From the NCBI GenBank assembly GCA_963833985.1, contig CAWIAD010000002.1, positions 5,024,001 to 5,088,000 of the forward strand: a DNA stretch of 64,000 nt, written 5' to 3'. Under the pieces are notes generated by a model. The model made no database searches, was not told the origin of the DNA, and saw only the letters and a list, made by a program, of their open reading frames with translations. This document shows, piece after piece, positions 40,132 through 52,829 of this stretch. How positions within the stretch are numbered: position 1 is the stretch's first letter; every line of letters starts with the position of its first letter. A program made the translations under genes and the position numbers. This stretch comes from an uncultured Planctomycetaceae bacterium (GTDB lineage Bacteria; Planctomycetota; Planctomycetia; Isosphaerales; Isosphaeraceae).

Positions 40132-42726
40132 ATGACGCATGCTCCGGTTTTGCTCTTGATGGCCTTGCCAGCGTTCTTCCCTCTGGCGCCCGCCGGCGCG
40201 GACGAACTCTTTCCGTTCGTCGTTTCCTATGACGCACCCGTGAACGCGACCAACGTCTCGGCCTGGCTCGACCGGCCCGCGGGGCGTCACGGCTTCATCC
40301 GGGCCGACGGTGAGAAGCTGGTGCACGATGCCGGTCCGGTGCGGTTCTGGGCGACCAACGTTTGCTTCGACGGGTGCTTCCCCACCAACGACCAGGCCGA
40401 GCGGCTGGCGGCCCGCCTGGCCCGCCTGGGCATCAACTGCGTGCGCTTGCACCATATGGATATGTACTCCATCTGGGGCAACAGCCCCAACAAGCTGACC
40501 ATCGATCCTCACAGGCTGGAACGCCTGGATTACCTGATCAGCCAGTTCAAGAAACATGGAATTTACATCAACTTGAACCTTCATGTTTCACGCACCTTTG
40601 GCGAGGCGGAAGGATTCTCGGGGCGGTCGCAGAGGCCCGAGTTCGATAAGGGGCTCGACAACTTCGAGCCGCGGATGATCGAGCTCCAGCAGAAGTACGC
40701 CCGCGACCTCTTGACCCACGTCAATGCCTACACCGGCAACCCCTACATCCGCGAGCCGGCCGTCGCCTTCGTGGAGATCAACAACGAGAATGCGCTGCAT
40801 GCCACCTGGGAATGGGGGCAGCTCGACCGACTTCCCGAGCCCTACTCGACCACATACAGAAAGCTCTGGAACGCCTGGCTGAAGCAGAAGTACCGCAGCA
40901 CCGAGGAGCTGCGTAGATCCTGGAACGCCAGCGTGGTGCGGCCCGGTGCCGAGCAGGTGCACAATGGCAGCTTCCGATCCGCTCTCGATGGGTCGTGGAG
41001 CCTGGAACGCGACGACGATGCGCAGGCCGCCTGGTCGATCGAGCCGCAAGGGGCAGAAGGCCGTCCCTGCCTGCGCGTGGTGGTCATCCGGAGCGGGTCG
41101 GTGGCGTGGCATCCGCAGTTCAATGTACGGATCGCGGCGCTGCGCAAGGACCTCCCGTACACGCTGAGCTTCCGGATGAGGTCCGACGGCACGCGCCGCA
41201 TCGACGTCAACGCCAAGCAGGCGCATGCGCCCTGGAACGATCTTGGATTCTCGACGCCGGTCCAGCTCACAAGGGAGTGGAATACGTTCCGTTTCACGTT
41301 CTCCGTCCAGGAATCCGACCCGGACGCGCGGATCACGTGGACCGGGTTGCCGCCGGGTCGCTACGAGCTTGCCGGCGTCTCGTTGCGGCCGGGCGGAGCA
41401 CTTGGACTCGGGCCGGCGGAGCGGCTCGAAGATGCGAGCGTCCCGGTGCTCACCAGACGCGCGACCAACCTGACCAGTGCAGCGCGGAACGATTTCGCCG
41501 ACTTCCTGTGGGATACCGAGTCCCGCTACTGGTGGGGCATGTACCGCTTTCTGAAGCAAGACCTGGGCGTGCGAGCACTGGTCACGGGAACCCAGATGGG
41601 CTGGAGCCCGCCCCACATCCAGACAGCGCTCGACTACGTCGACGGCCACTCCTACTGGGAACATCCCGTCTTTCCCGGCCGGCCGTGGGATTCAAGGAAC
41701 TGGTATGTGAACGACGTGGCCCTGGTGAATGAAGGCGGAGGCACGCTGGCGAAGCTCGCTTCCACGCGCGTGGCGGGCAAGCCATACACCGTCAGCGAGT
41801 ACAACCATCCCGCGCCGCTGTCGCACGCGGCCGAGGGTTTTCCGATGATCGCGGCCTTCGGCGCGTTCCAGCGCTGGAGCGCGATCTACTCGTTCGACTA
41901 CACCGGCGATGCCCGCTTCGAGCCGGAGAAGCTGGAAGGCTACTTCGACATCAAGAGCGACCCCTCTCGCCTGGTCCACATGCCAGCCTGCCACGCCCTG
42001 TTCGTGCGGGGCGACGTCTCCCAGGCGCGTCAGACGCTGCTCGCTGCCGTGCCCCGCGAGGCGGAGCGCCGGCAACTCCATGAATCGCGCAGCGCCTGGA
42101 CGCTCACGACCGATCGGTTCGGTGTGGACGCGAAGTGGTCGCTGATTCATGCCATCGGGCAGGACCTGAGCGCCTCAGGATCGGCCAGCACGGCCATGCC
42201 GTGGCCCGCGACAAGCCGCTTCGTCTCTGATACCGGGCAAATCCACTGGGATCTGGAGCAATCGGGCGCCGGTTACTTCACGGTGGATACACCACGGACC
42301 AAGCTATTCACGGGATTCGTACGCGGCCGGATGATCCCGCTCGGCGACGTCACGCTGGCCATCGGTCCGACCCGGCTCGACTGGGCCACGGTCACCATGA
42401 CGGCCATCGATGGAGCGGGATTTGACAGGCCGGGCAGCATCCTGATCGCGGCCACGGGCCTTGTGCACAACAAGGGCGCGCAGCTCAGGACACTGAGCGG
42501 CCACCAGATCACGCTCGACGACCACTGGGGCGAAGCGCCTGTACTCTGCGAGGGTATCCCGGCGGAGATCACTTTGCCGGTGACATCCGACCGGGTCACG
42601 GTCTATCCTCTCGACCCCTCAGGAAATCGCCGATCCGCCATCGCGGCCACAACTCACGACGGCCATGCAGTGATCGCCATCGGCCCTACGCACAAGACCC
42701 TCTGGTACGAGGTGAATGTGCGATGA
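40132..42726 (+). CDS. Secreted clan-A-like glycoside hydrolase with inserted CBM4/9-like domain
   Basis: VRFWATN, GINCVRLHHMD, EINNEN, NGSF...YTLSF, HSYWEHP, VSEYNHP. Confidence 0.85.
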   Translation: MTHAPVLLLMALPAFFPLAPAGADELFPFVVSYDAPVNATNVSAWLDRPAGRHGFIRADGEKLVHDAGPVRFWATNVCFDGCFPTNDQAERLAARLARLGINCVRLHHMDMYSIWGNSPNKLTIDPHRLERLDYLISQFKKHGIYINLNLHVSRTFGEAEGFSGRSQRPEFDKGLDNFEPRMIELQQKYARDLLTHVNAYTGNPYIREPAVAFVEINNENALHATWEWGQLDRLPEPYSTTYRKLWNAWLKQKYRSTEELRRSWNASVVRPGAEQVHNGSFRSALDGSWSLERDDDAQAAWSIEPQGAEGRPCLRVVVIRSGSVAWHPQFNVRIAALRKDLPYTLSFRMRSDGTRRIDVNAKQAHAPWNDLGFSTPVQLTREWNTFRFTFSVQESDPDARITWTGLPPGRYELAGVSLRPGGALGLGPAERLEDASVPVLTRRATNLTSAARNDFADFLWDTESRYWWGMYRFLKQDLGVRALVTGTQMGWSPPHIQTALDYVDGHSYWEHPVFPGRPWDSRNWYVNDVALVNEGGGTLAKLASTRVAGKPYTVSEYNHPAPLSHAAEGFPMIAAFGAFQRWSAIYSFDYTGDARFEPEKLEGYFDIKSDPSRLVHMPACHALFVRGDVSQARQTLLAAVPREAERRQLHESRSAWTLTTDRFGVDAKWSLIHAIGQDLSASGSASTAMPWPATSRFVSDTGQIHWDLEQSGAGYFTVDTPRTKLFTGFVRGRMIPLGDVTLAIGPTRLDWATVTMTAIDGAGFDRPGSILIAATGLVHNKGAQLRTLSGHQITLDDHWGEAPVLCEGIPAEITLPVTSDRVTVYPLDPSGNRRSAIAATTHDGHAVIAIGPTHKTLWYEVNVR

Positions 42727-42862
42727 GGGAGATGACGGCCGCGGATCGAGGCGGCCCAGGGCCGCCATTTCTGCCATTTGCTGGCTGATCTTGATTCGCG
42801 GCAATCTCAGCACCACGATCTCCCGCAAGCATGGATGTCAGGGCTTGTGCTGCTTTTTGAGG

Positions 42863-42891
42863 TTGACCGTTTCCGGGCGAAGCTCTAGATT
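42863..42891 (+). promoter_or_regulatory. Sigma70 promoter
   Basis: TTGACC-N17-TAGATT. Confidence 0.55.
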
Positions 42892-42959
42892 CTCGACCCA
42901 ACCGTCTCAAAACTTGAGGCAAACCACAACACGGACCATGGATTGGGAGACGTCACGTG

Positions 42960-44348
42960 ATGATCGCTTCGGAGTGCGGTCGTAAGACCTTCGCGTGGTT
43001 GCTGGGAATCGCGGTTGCCGGCACGCTCTGGGCCGGAACGGCGGAGGCGCAGGCGCAGCAGCGCCGATCGTTCTTCGGCGGGGGGCAGACACAGACGCAA
43101 CCGCCAGCGGCCAGGGCCGCGGACAATCCCGCCGCCGATACGCCCCAGTCGATCCGGCTCGACCAGATCAACGTTCCCCCGGTAAAGCTCACAGCGATTC
43201 CCGTCAACCCCACCGACCCCATCGCCATCGTGAACAAGCAGGTGATCACACGCCAGCAGCTTGCCGACGAGTGCGTGGCACGCCGGGGCAAGGAGATCCT
43301 CGACACCCTGATCAATCGGACCCTGATCGAGCAGGCCCTCAAGAGCAGCAAGCAGGAGGTCAGCGCGGCCGAGATCGATCAGGAGATCGAGAACGTGGCC
43401 CACCGCTTCGGCATCGGCCGCGAGGCCTGGCTGCGGACGCTCGACAAGGAGCGTAGCATCAGCCCCGCGCAGTACGCCCGCGACATCATCTACCCCGCCC
43501 TTGCCCTGCGCAAGCTCTGCGCCGGGCGGGTCTCCGTGACGCCCAAGGACTTGCAGGAAGCCTTTGAATCTCAGTACGGCGACAAGATTCGCTGCCGCAT
43601 GATCATGGTGGACAAGCTGCCCAAGGCCCAGGATATCTGGGAACGGCTGCGGAAGAACCCCGCCGGGTTCGAGAAGATCGCCCAGGACGAGTCGATGGAT
43701 TCCGGCAGCCGCTCGCTCGGCGGGCAGCTCGCCGAGCCGATCACCCGCCACGCCTACCCCAGGAACGTGGCCGACGCCGCTTTCCGCCAGCTTGTCGACG
43801 GCGATCCTGCGGACAAGGACCCGTCACACAAGCCCAAGGACGGTGATTTCACCGGGCCCATCCAGGCGGCCGAATCGGTCTGGGTCATCCTCCGCCGCGA
43901 CGCCGTCATCGAGGCCACAGAAGGCGCATCGCTCAAGGATGAACGGATCAAGAAACAAACGTACGAGATGATCTACGAGGTCAAGCTCAAGGAGACGATG
44001 GGCCTCGTCTTCCAGGAGCTGATGAAGATGTCGGAGATCGAGAACAAGCTGGTCGGCACGGTGAAGCTGGCCAACGAGGAGCAGCAGGAGGACTTCACCA
44101 GCTTTGACAAGAGCAAGGTCAAGCTGATGAACAACGCCGGCGGCGCTGAGAATACGGCCGACGACAAGGTTGTCCGAGCGGCCGCCACGGGCGAGGGGGG
44201 CGTGAGCGCGGGGCCACGCGTCAAGCTGCCCCCGCCGGTCGCGGTCTCGCCCGAGGCCGTGCAGCAATTCGAGAACATCCAGAAACGTCCCTTGAGGACC
44301 AGCCAGCAGGCAGCCGACGCGGCGACGGCCACGGCTCCACCGCAATAA
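42960..44348 (+). CDS. PpiC-type peptidyl-prolyl isomerase (SurA/PrsA-like)
   Basis: Signal, IAIVNKQVIT, FEKIAQDESMDSGSRSLGG, GDFTGPI. Confidence 0.85.
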   Translation: MIASECGRKTFAWLLGIAVAGTLWAGTAEAQAQQRRSFFGGGQTQTQPPAARAADNPAADTPQSIRLDQINVPPVKLTAIPVNPTDPIAIVNKQVITRQQLADECVARRGKEILDTLINRTLIEQALKSSKQEVSAAEIDQEIENVAHRFGIGREAWLRTLDKERSISPAQYARDIIYPALALRKLCAGRVSVTPKDLQEAFESQYGDKIRCRMIMVDKLPKAQDIWERLRKNPAGFEKIAQDESMDSGSRSLGGQLAEPITRHAYPRNVADAAFRQLVDGDPADKDPSHKPKDGDFTGPIQAAESVWVILRRDAVIEATEGASLKDERIKKQTYEMIYEVKLKETMGLVFQELMKMSEIENKLVGTVKLANEEQQEDFTSFDKSKVKLMNNAGGAENTADDKVVRAAATGEGGVSAGPRVKLPPPVAVSPEAVQQFENIQKRPLRTSQQAADAATATAPPQ

Positions 44349-44543
44349 CCCGAACCGAACCGTCCGGGGCGACCGGACCTTGTTCAGATCCGACCCGGGG
44401 CAGGGCTCGTCGAAGGCTTCGAAAACGGCTCGATGCGCCCTGTCCATGGTCGTTCGCGGTCATTTCTCGGTGCTCAGAACGCAATCGCCAAGCGGGGCCG
44501 GCGTGCCCCGGCCCCCTTCCCATTCAGGCGGTTACCGAAGCTC

Positions 44544-45329
44544 ATGGCAACAACCCTTCGCGGCATGCCTGTGCCGGCCATTGCCTCATCGCCGGTCCGC
44601 TTCGCCGTCGCGCTGGTGCTGCTGGCGGCCATCGCGGGCTGCGGAACCGTGAAGACCACAGGGACAGCGCGTACGGGCACCGAGCAGTTGCTGCTGACGA
44701 ACGCCTGGGATTCAGCGCTGGCCAAGGTGGACTTCCGGCCGCTTTCGGGCGTGCCCGTCTATCTCGATGCCAGTAACGTGAACGCGGTGGACCAGGGGTG
44801 GGTCGTCTCCAGCCTGCACCAGGCCATGCTCATGCAGGGAGTCCTCCTGCGCACCAAGCCCGAGCAGGCGCAGTGGATCGTCGAGGCCCGCGTGGGCGCC
44901 TACGGTACGGACGCCTACAACTTCCTGGTGGGCGTTCCTCAAACCTCGGTTCCCGCCACCTTGCCGGGCATTCCCACCGGGACAATTCCCGAAATGTCGC
45001 TCCTGAAGAAGAGCCACCAGGAAGGCATCGCCAAGCTGGCACTTTTCGCCTACGACCGGGCCAGTGGCCAGCTCGTCTGGAAATCGGGCACGGCGCTTGC
45101 GACCTCCAGCGCCAAGGACCTGTACGTGGGTGGCGTCGGCCCGATCCAGGGAGGCACGATCCGCGGAGGCACCAAGATCATTGGCACCAAGATTCCCCTC
45201 CCCTCCGAGCCTCTCGGCCCGGCCCCCGTGGCTGGCGAGAACGATAAGGACCAGACGGCGATGCCCCTGCCCGGCGCACCGATCTCATCGCCAGCCTCGT
45301 CCAGCGATTACGAGTCGTTCGCGCCGTGA
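44544..45329 (+). CDS. Lipoprotein (DUF6655-like)
   Basis: IAGC lipobox, TARTGTEQLL, EARVGAYGTD, AKLALFAYD. Confidence 0.75.
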   Translation: MATTLRGMPVPAIASSPVRFAVALVLLAAIAGCGTVKTTGTARTGTEQLLLTNAWDSALAKVDFRPLSGVPVYLDASNVNAVDQGWVVSSLHQAMLMQGVLLRTKPEQAQWIVEARVGAYGTDAYNFLVGVPQTSVPATLPGIPTGTIPEMSLLKKSHQEGIAKLALFAYDRASGQLVWKSGTALATSSAKDLYVGGVGPIQGGTIRGGTKIIGTKIPLPSEPLGPAPVAGENDKDQTAMPLPGAPISSPASSSDYESFAP

Positions 45330-45488
45330 GCGTCCCTGCGGCAGCGGCGCAATCGCTGCGTCCCGAGGCGCTTACTGGACAGCGGGCAATGCATCCCCGA
45401 TAGTAAAAGCCTGAGATCGAGAGCCAGGGGAAACGGATTGGCCGGGAACACGTGCCATTCCGCTGATCGCCGCGACCGGAGCGTTTTC

Positions 45489-46020
45489 ATGGCCGTGACC
45501 GCCTCGCTGAATTTGCGCAATTACATTCGGGACATTCCTGACTTTCCCAAGCCGGGCATCATGTTCAAGGACATCACACCGCTCCTGAGCAGTCCGCCGG
45601 CTTTTCGTGCCGCCATCGAGCAGATTGAGCAGCAATTTCAGGGACGGAGCATCGACGTGATCGCGGCCGCCGAAGCACGCGGATTCATCTTCGGTGCCCC
45701 TCTGGCCATGCAGATGAAGGCCGGGTTCGTGCCCATCCGCAAGCCGGGAAAGCTGCCCTACGCCACGATCGCCCAGGAGTACCAGCTCGAATACGGCAGC
45801 GACCGGCTTGAAGTCCATACCGATGCGCTTTTCGGCCGGACATCGCGTGCTGCTGCTCGATGACGTGCTGGCCACCGGCGGCACCATGCGGGCTTGCCGC
45901 GACCTGGTCCTGTCGACCGGAGCCGAGCTGGTGGCCTGCGCGTTCGTGATCGAGCTGGCCTTCCTCGGCGGACGGGCCCGGCTGGAGCCCTCAGAGGTCT
46001 TCAGCCTGATCACGTACTGA
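45489..46020 (+). CDS. apt: Adenine phosphoribosyltransferase; frameshift near 45830
   Basis: [37 protein letters not shown]. Confidence 0.95.
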
Positions 46021-46037
46021 GAGGTCGAGGTTGCCTC

Positions 46038-47152
46038 ATGAACGACGCCTGGATCGCCGAGCGGATGCGGCACATCGACGCCTCGGGCATCCGCAAGGCC
46101 TTCGAGATGGCCCGGTCCATGAAGGACCCGATCAACCTCTCGATCGGCCTGCCCCATTTCGATGTTGCCGAGCCCGTGAAGGCCGCCGCCGTCCAGGCGA
46201 TTCATTCGGGCAAGAACCAGTATACCTTGACCCAGGGGATCCCCGAGCTGCGCAGCAAGATCCAGGCTGCCGTGGACGCCGCACTGCATCACGACGACCG
46301 CCAGGTCATCGTCACCTCGGGTACCGCGGGCGCCCTGCTGCTGGCCATCTGTGCGGTGGTGAACCCGGGGGATGAGGCGATCATCTTCGATCCGTATTTC
46401 GTGATGTATCGCCACCAGGTCACACTGGCCGGCGGCACATCCGTGCTCGTGGACACCTACCCCGATTTCCGGATCAAGGCGAAGGCCGTCGAGGCCGCCA
46501 TCACGCCCAGAACCAAGTGCGTGGTGGTGAACTCGCCGGCCAACCCATCCGGGGTCGTGGCCAGCGAGGACGAGATGCGGGCACTCGCGGAGCTTTGCCG
46601 GCGCCGGAATATCCTGCTCATCAGCGACGAGGTCTACCGCGGTTTCTGCTACGACATGCCGTTCGCGACACCGTCGGCCTGGAACGAGGACGTGCTGGTG
46701 GTCGACGGCTTCAGCAAGGCGCACGGCATGACCGGGTGGCGGCTGGGTTTCGCCCACGGCCCCGCGCGGATCATCCAGGAAATGGCTAAGCTCCAGCAAT
46801 TCACCTTCGTCTGCGCCCCAGCATCGTGCAGTCCGCCGGCGTCGTCGCTCTCGACGAAGACCTGAGCCCGCACATCGAAGCCTATCGCCGCAAGCGCGAC
46901 ATGGTCGTCGCCGCCCTGACGGATCAGTACGAGATCGCATTCCCCGAAGGCGCGTTTTATGCGTTTCCCAGGGCACCCTGGGGAACGGCCACCGAATTCG
47001 TCGCCCACGCCATCCGCCACAACCTGCTCGTCATTCCTGGCAACGTCTTCAGCCAGCGCGACACCCACTTCCGCATCTCGTACGCCGTCGACGACGACAC
47101 GCTCCAGCGCGGGCTCCGCGTCCTTTGCCAGATTGCACACCGGCCGGGGTAA
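46038..47152 (+). CDS. PLP-dependent aminotransferase class I/II; frameshift near 46820
   Basis: NSPANPSG, SDEVY, FSKAHGMTGWRLG, GAFY, FRISYA. Confidence 0.92.
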
Positions 47153-47335
47153 CTCACCCGGTCGCTGTGGCGATGGGGCTCGGTCTGTTTCGCGGGGTAT
47201 CGAAATGAAGATCCACTCACGGCATGCACCGCGCTTGCGTTTTATCACGCTTAGCTTCATAGTATGGCATCACACGGCCGATGCTGCGGCCGAACATCTT
47301 CACACTTCTCTGCATTTCGCTCAAGGAGGCCACTC

Positions 47336-48103
47336 GTGAGTGAAGTGAACGGGCGGACTTCAACCTCGCCGGCTCCTCCTCGCAATCTGCCCTCCGAAGA
47401 GTTTCCCTCGACGGTCTGGATGCGCATCGAACAGGTCAAGGAAGCCACTGCTGCCAGGTCACGCGCGGCGCTCGAGGAACTGTGCGAAGCGTACTGGCAT
47501 CCCGTCTACGCATTCATCAGGCGCAAGGGAAACGATCCGGATCGAGCCGCCGACCTGACCCAGGGCTTCTTCACGGCCTTGCTGGAAACGGGGGCCTTCA
47601 CGGCTGTGACACCCGAAAAAGGACGGTTCCGATCCTTCTTGATGGCTGCGTGCACGCACTTTCTCTGCAATCAGCGGGTGCACGAGCAGGCGCTCAAGCG
47701 CGGGGGCGGGCGTTGTTTGATCTCCATGGACCAGCTCAAGGCCGAGGATCGATTCAACCACGAGCCGTTCCACGAGCTGACGCCGGAAAAAACGTTCCTC
47801 CGCCAGTGGGCCCTGACCATGCTGGACCGTGTGATGGGCAGGCTGCAGGCCGAGGCCGAGGCGAAGGGCAAATCGAAGGTGTTCGAGCAGATGCGGCCCG
47901 TGATTCTGGGCAGAGAAGCGACGGCTTCCTACGCCGAGATCTCGGAGAAGCTGGGCATGAGCGAGACGACCGTGAAGGTGACCGTCCACCGCTACCGGGG
48001 CCGTTATCGTGCGCTCCTGCGCGAGGAGATCTCGCGCACGGTGCATGACCCGGCCGACGTGGAGGAGGAGATCACCACGCTCATCCAGGCCCTCGCCGAT
48101 TGA
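47336..48103 (+). CDS. ECF sigma-70 factor
   Basis: FPSTVW, LCEAYWHPVYAFIRR, GRFRSFL, KRGGG, VKVTVHRYR; AAGGAGG RBS. Confidence 0.9.
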   Translation: MSEVNGRTSTSPAPPRNLPSEEFPSTVWMRIEQVKEATAARSRAALEELCEAYWHPVYAFIRRKGNDPDRAADLTQGFFTALLETGAFTAVTPEKGRFRSFLMAACTHFLCNQRVHEQALKRGGGRCLISMDQLKAEDRFNHEPFHELTPEKTFLRQWALTMLDRVMGRLQAEAEAKGKSKVFEQMRPVILGREATASYAEISEKLGMSETTVKVTVHRYRGRYRALLREEISRTVHDPADVEEEITTLIQALAD

Positions 48104-48857
48104 GTGGAACAGTCGATGGATCTGCTTGCACGGCAGTCCCGACTGCTTTGTACTTGCGAGTTTCCGAGCGATCCGCTGTCAGCCGGGCCACGAAGGCTGC
48201 GTGCTCCGGGGCGCCCAGCCCCTGTTCCAGGACACCGATCAGCCGATCCAGGTCCTCGTGGTAAATCGCCACCGGGTCGAGCCATAGACCCGGAAATACC
48301 TCCGAGCGAACAATGCCGTCAGCCCCGGCGCGCACGTCTTCAAAGCGGTCGCCTCGGTGGACGAACCAGTGGATCCGGTCCGGGTCGAGCTCGACAACGA
48401 GGTATTCGTCGCGCACTCCCGCCCGCTCATAATCGTCTCGCTTTGGGCCGAGGTCGAAGCTGCGACTGGCGCGGGCGATCTCGACGACCAGCTCCGGTGC
48501 TCCGGTGATGTATCCCTCCGCGTCAACGCTGGCCTGCCCGCCGAGCTCGGGAACGACATGCAGCAGAGCATCCGGTTGCGGCTCACCGGCGTTGTCCAGA
48601 AGAACCGTCGCTCCGCTGGCGCCTTTGACACCCGATGTGTGGCGCTCGTAGTGAAACAGCCAGCCGGAGACGATGTGTCCCTCCACGGCATGGTCCCGTC
48701 GCATCGGCGAGGGCATGGAGACCACTCCTCCCACGAGCTCGGCGCGAGTGTCCGGCGACATCGCCTTGTAGCGGGCATGGAACGTGGGTCGCTCCAGCCT
48801 CTGGCCGGCAATCCGCGTCGGAAGGATGCCCGGCCGGGCCTCATCGATCGTGCTCAT
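48081..48857 (-). CDS. Uma2 family endonuclease
   Basis: AELVGGVV.MPSP, EPQPD, PELVVEI, K..YERAGV, FPGLWLD. Confidence 0.9.
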   Translation of the reverse strand: MSTIDEARPGILPTRIAGQRLERPTFHARYKAMSPDTRAELVGGVVSMPSPMRRDHAVEGHIVSGWLFHYERHTSGVKGASGATVLLDNAGEPQPDALLHVVPELGGQASVDAEGYITGAPELVVEIARASRSFDLGPKRDDYERAGVRDEYLVVELDPDRIHWFVHRGDRFEDVRAGADGIVRSEVFPGLWLDPVAIYHEDLDRLIGVLEQGLGAPEHAAFVARLTADRSETRKYKAVGTAVQADPSTVPLNRRGPG

Positions 48858-48879
48858 CGGAGAACCCTTCGCCAGCCGC

Positions 48880-50253
<1,374 letters not shown>

Positions 50254-50531
50254 GCATTACCCTTTCACTGCAAGCATGATGCCAAACCGCGCTCATGAGC
50301 CCCGAGAACGACGTCGCGAGCCAAGCCCTGGGGGATCGCGCGCGTTTCAGAAATGGGGTGGCGGACCGGCAGACGCGCCTGTCGCAATCGCTTGAATGAG
50401 TTGCCGTTCATACGGCAAGAGCAAGCTTCGGCTGATGCCATCTGCTTCGCGACGCGCATCCTGGCCGTCTCAAGCCCGCCCCGTAACCAGCTGCCGACAG
50501 TACCCAAACCGGTCAAAATTGTCTGCATGGC

Positions 50532-50560
50532 ATTCTAGAGTACGCTTCCAGTCCGGGCAA
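50532..50560 (-). promoter_or_regulatory. Sigma70 promoter ~280 nt upstream of clpX
   Basis: TTGCCC-N17-TAGAAT. Confidence 0.5.
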
Positions 50561-50606
50561 GGCCGCTCAGCGCTTCGCGATGACGACCATGGTGACTTTG
50601 AGCGAT

Positions 50607-51917
50607 CTACGGTTTCGGAGGTCGATTGCTTGCGCTGGCATTTCCGACGCGGCGAGGTCCGGCGACGGGGCTCAGATCGGAGGAAGGAATCCTGGCATCA
50701 TCGGTCGAGGCGTGACGGGCATGGGTGTTCCAGTGCTCGCGCACCCAGGCCGCCAGCTTCCGGCCCGGCGCTCAGCGGCAATCCCGCAAGCTCGGCAATG
50801 CCAACCCACCGCGCGCCCTCGTGCCGGGCCCCGGGCCGACCCCGGTCGCTAGCGGTTCCGCCAGACGGGCGTGCAGCACCACCCTGTGGCGGGTGACCGT
50901 GTACCTCACCGTGCAGATTTCCGGTCCAAGAAGCACACGAACGCCGGTCAGGGCCGCAACGCCCTCCGCAAGACCGATTGCCGCTCCCGTCGAACGCCTG
51001 GCGGGATCAGCACCCTGCACGTGAACCGTTGGAAACTCCCAGAAGCCCGGCCAAAGACCGTCTTCACCACGCTGGACCATGAGCACTTTCGATCCTTCGG
51101 CAACCACGGCACAGGCCTCGGTCACGGCCAGTGGACGCGGCCTGGGGACGATGATCGGGATCATATCCTGTATGCCACACTGTCTCGCTTGACAAAGCGA
51201 TGAAATTGGACAGATCAGACAGGAAGGGGTCCGGGAAGTGCAAACCAGAGCACCCAGATCCATCACTGCCTGATTGAAATCACCGGCGCGCCGATGCGGC
51301 ACCAGAACTTCCGCGGCTGACCAGAGCCGCTGCAACGATTCTCTGGATTTCAGGTCCTGCCGGAGCGCCAGCAACCGCGCCAGCACGCGTTGTGTGTTGG
51401 CCTCGATGATGGGAGCCGGCAGATCGAAAGCGAACGAGAGGACTGCGCCAGCGATATACCGGCCCACACCCGGCAATTCGAGGAGCGCAGCCGGCTCGCG
51501 CGGCATCGCTCCGCCATGCCGTTCCACAATCATCCGTGCCGCCGCCTGTAACTGCCGTGCCCGGCGATAGTAACCCAATCCCTCCCATGCCTTGAGAACC
51601 TCGAGTTCGGGAGCGCTCGCGAGCGTTTGCACATCGGGGAATTTCGCGAGAAATCTCTCGAAGTACGGGACCACGGCCGCCACGGTCGTCTGTACCAGCA
51701 TCATCTCCGAGACCAGAATCCGATAAGGATCCCCCGTCCCTCGCCACGGGAGGTCTCGGCCACTTGTTTGGTACCATGCGAGTAGCCGCTCTCGGATCTG
51801 CCGTACCCAGGACGGAGCAAGCTCCTCGGGGGAAGCGCCGTGGTCCCCCTGAGATCTGTTCTTGCGTTTGGACAGTGGTCCGCTCTGCGGCCTGTCCGGG
51901 GCATTCATCGGGCCCAT
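50607..51917 (-). CDS. mutY: A/G-specific adenine glycosylase; probable frameshifts near 50820 and 50760, ends uncertain
   Basis: RDLPWR, SEMMLVQT, WEGLGYYRRAR, LPGVGRY, 4-Cys Fe-S motif, NUDIX-like WEFP. Confidence 0.9.
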
Positions 51918-52160
51918 GCACACTCCCGTTGCGAGAAAAAATCCCAAAAAAGGGAATGAAACCGCCAAGTTTATCGCATCCTTGCAATAGGAAGAAGAGA
52001 AGCTAGATCACCAGACTATTTAAGGCGACTAGTTTTCCTAAACTTTCTCGTTGACTTTCCCGTAGTTGCAAGCATATTAAGAATCTAGGACAAAATGGGA
52101 TCAAACATCCCTCAAACGGGATAAGTTCCCTCGCATGGAGGTGTTTTTCCGCAGTGGTTC

Positions 52161-52670
52161 ATGAAAGGGACCTCATCGATGGTGCATCGATCTGGCAGTG
52201 ACAGGCCGGAAGCCCTCCGGCGAGCGTTCGCACAAATCGTCGAAGTCGAGATGACGGCCTCCCCAGCGTTCTGGAGCGCGGGGCGATCCGATGAGAAGTT
52301 GTCGACCTCCTTACAACCGCGTCCGAGCTTCGTCGTCGCCGACCGGCTTGTCCAGATCTGGACGAGCAATCAGCGAGACATGGCCGAACTGCGGGTCCTG
52401 CGGACTCAGGTCATGCAGGCAAGAGCTTACCTGTGCTCCCCGGGGTGCAATCGATTACTGGGTACTGCCCGCCTTGAACATCTCGAATCCCTGGGGCGCG
52501 CCCGCCTTGGCCGCTTGCGGGCCAACCGCCTTGCAGCCTGGGAGCTGCTGTCCGAGCTTGAGTGCCCCTCTTCTCACCAGGCCGGGAAGAGCTGGCCGAA
52601 CCGTTTCGCCACCGCCAAAGACACGGCCATCCCCGACCGTCCAGCCCCTTCCCGCTGCTGGTACGCCTGA
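52161..52670 (+). CDS. Hypothetical protein
   Basis: 169-aa ORF after an AT-rich promoter region and upstream of a sigma factor. Confidence 0.5.
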   Translation: MKGTSSMVHRSGSDRPEALRRAFAQIVEVEMTASPAFWSAGRSDEKLSTSLQPRPSFVVADRLVQIWTSNQRDMAELRVLRTQVMQARAYLCSPGCNRLLGTARLEHLESLGRARLGRLRANRLAAWELLSELECPSSHQAGKSWPNRFATAKDTAIPDRPAPSRCWYA

Positions 52671-52829
52671 CGCTTCCCTTGATGCAACATGCGCTTGCGA
52701 TCGCTGTTTGATCCAGGCACTGAATTTCAGGATCGCCCCCGACTGGTCGATCCGCCAACCCGGCGCTGATGCCCACTGAGTTTGCAACTTCGAGCCTACA
52801 TCTTTCCATGTGACACGACGAGGTGGATC

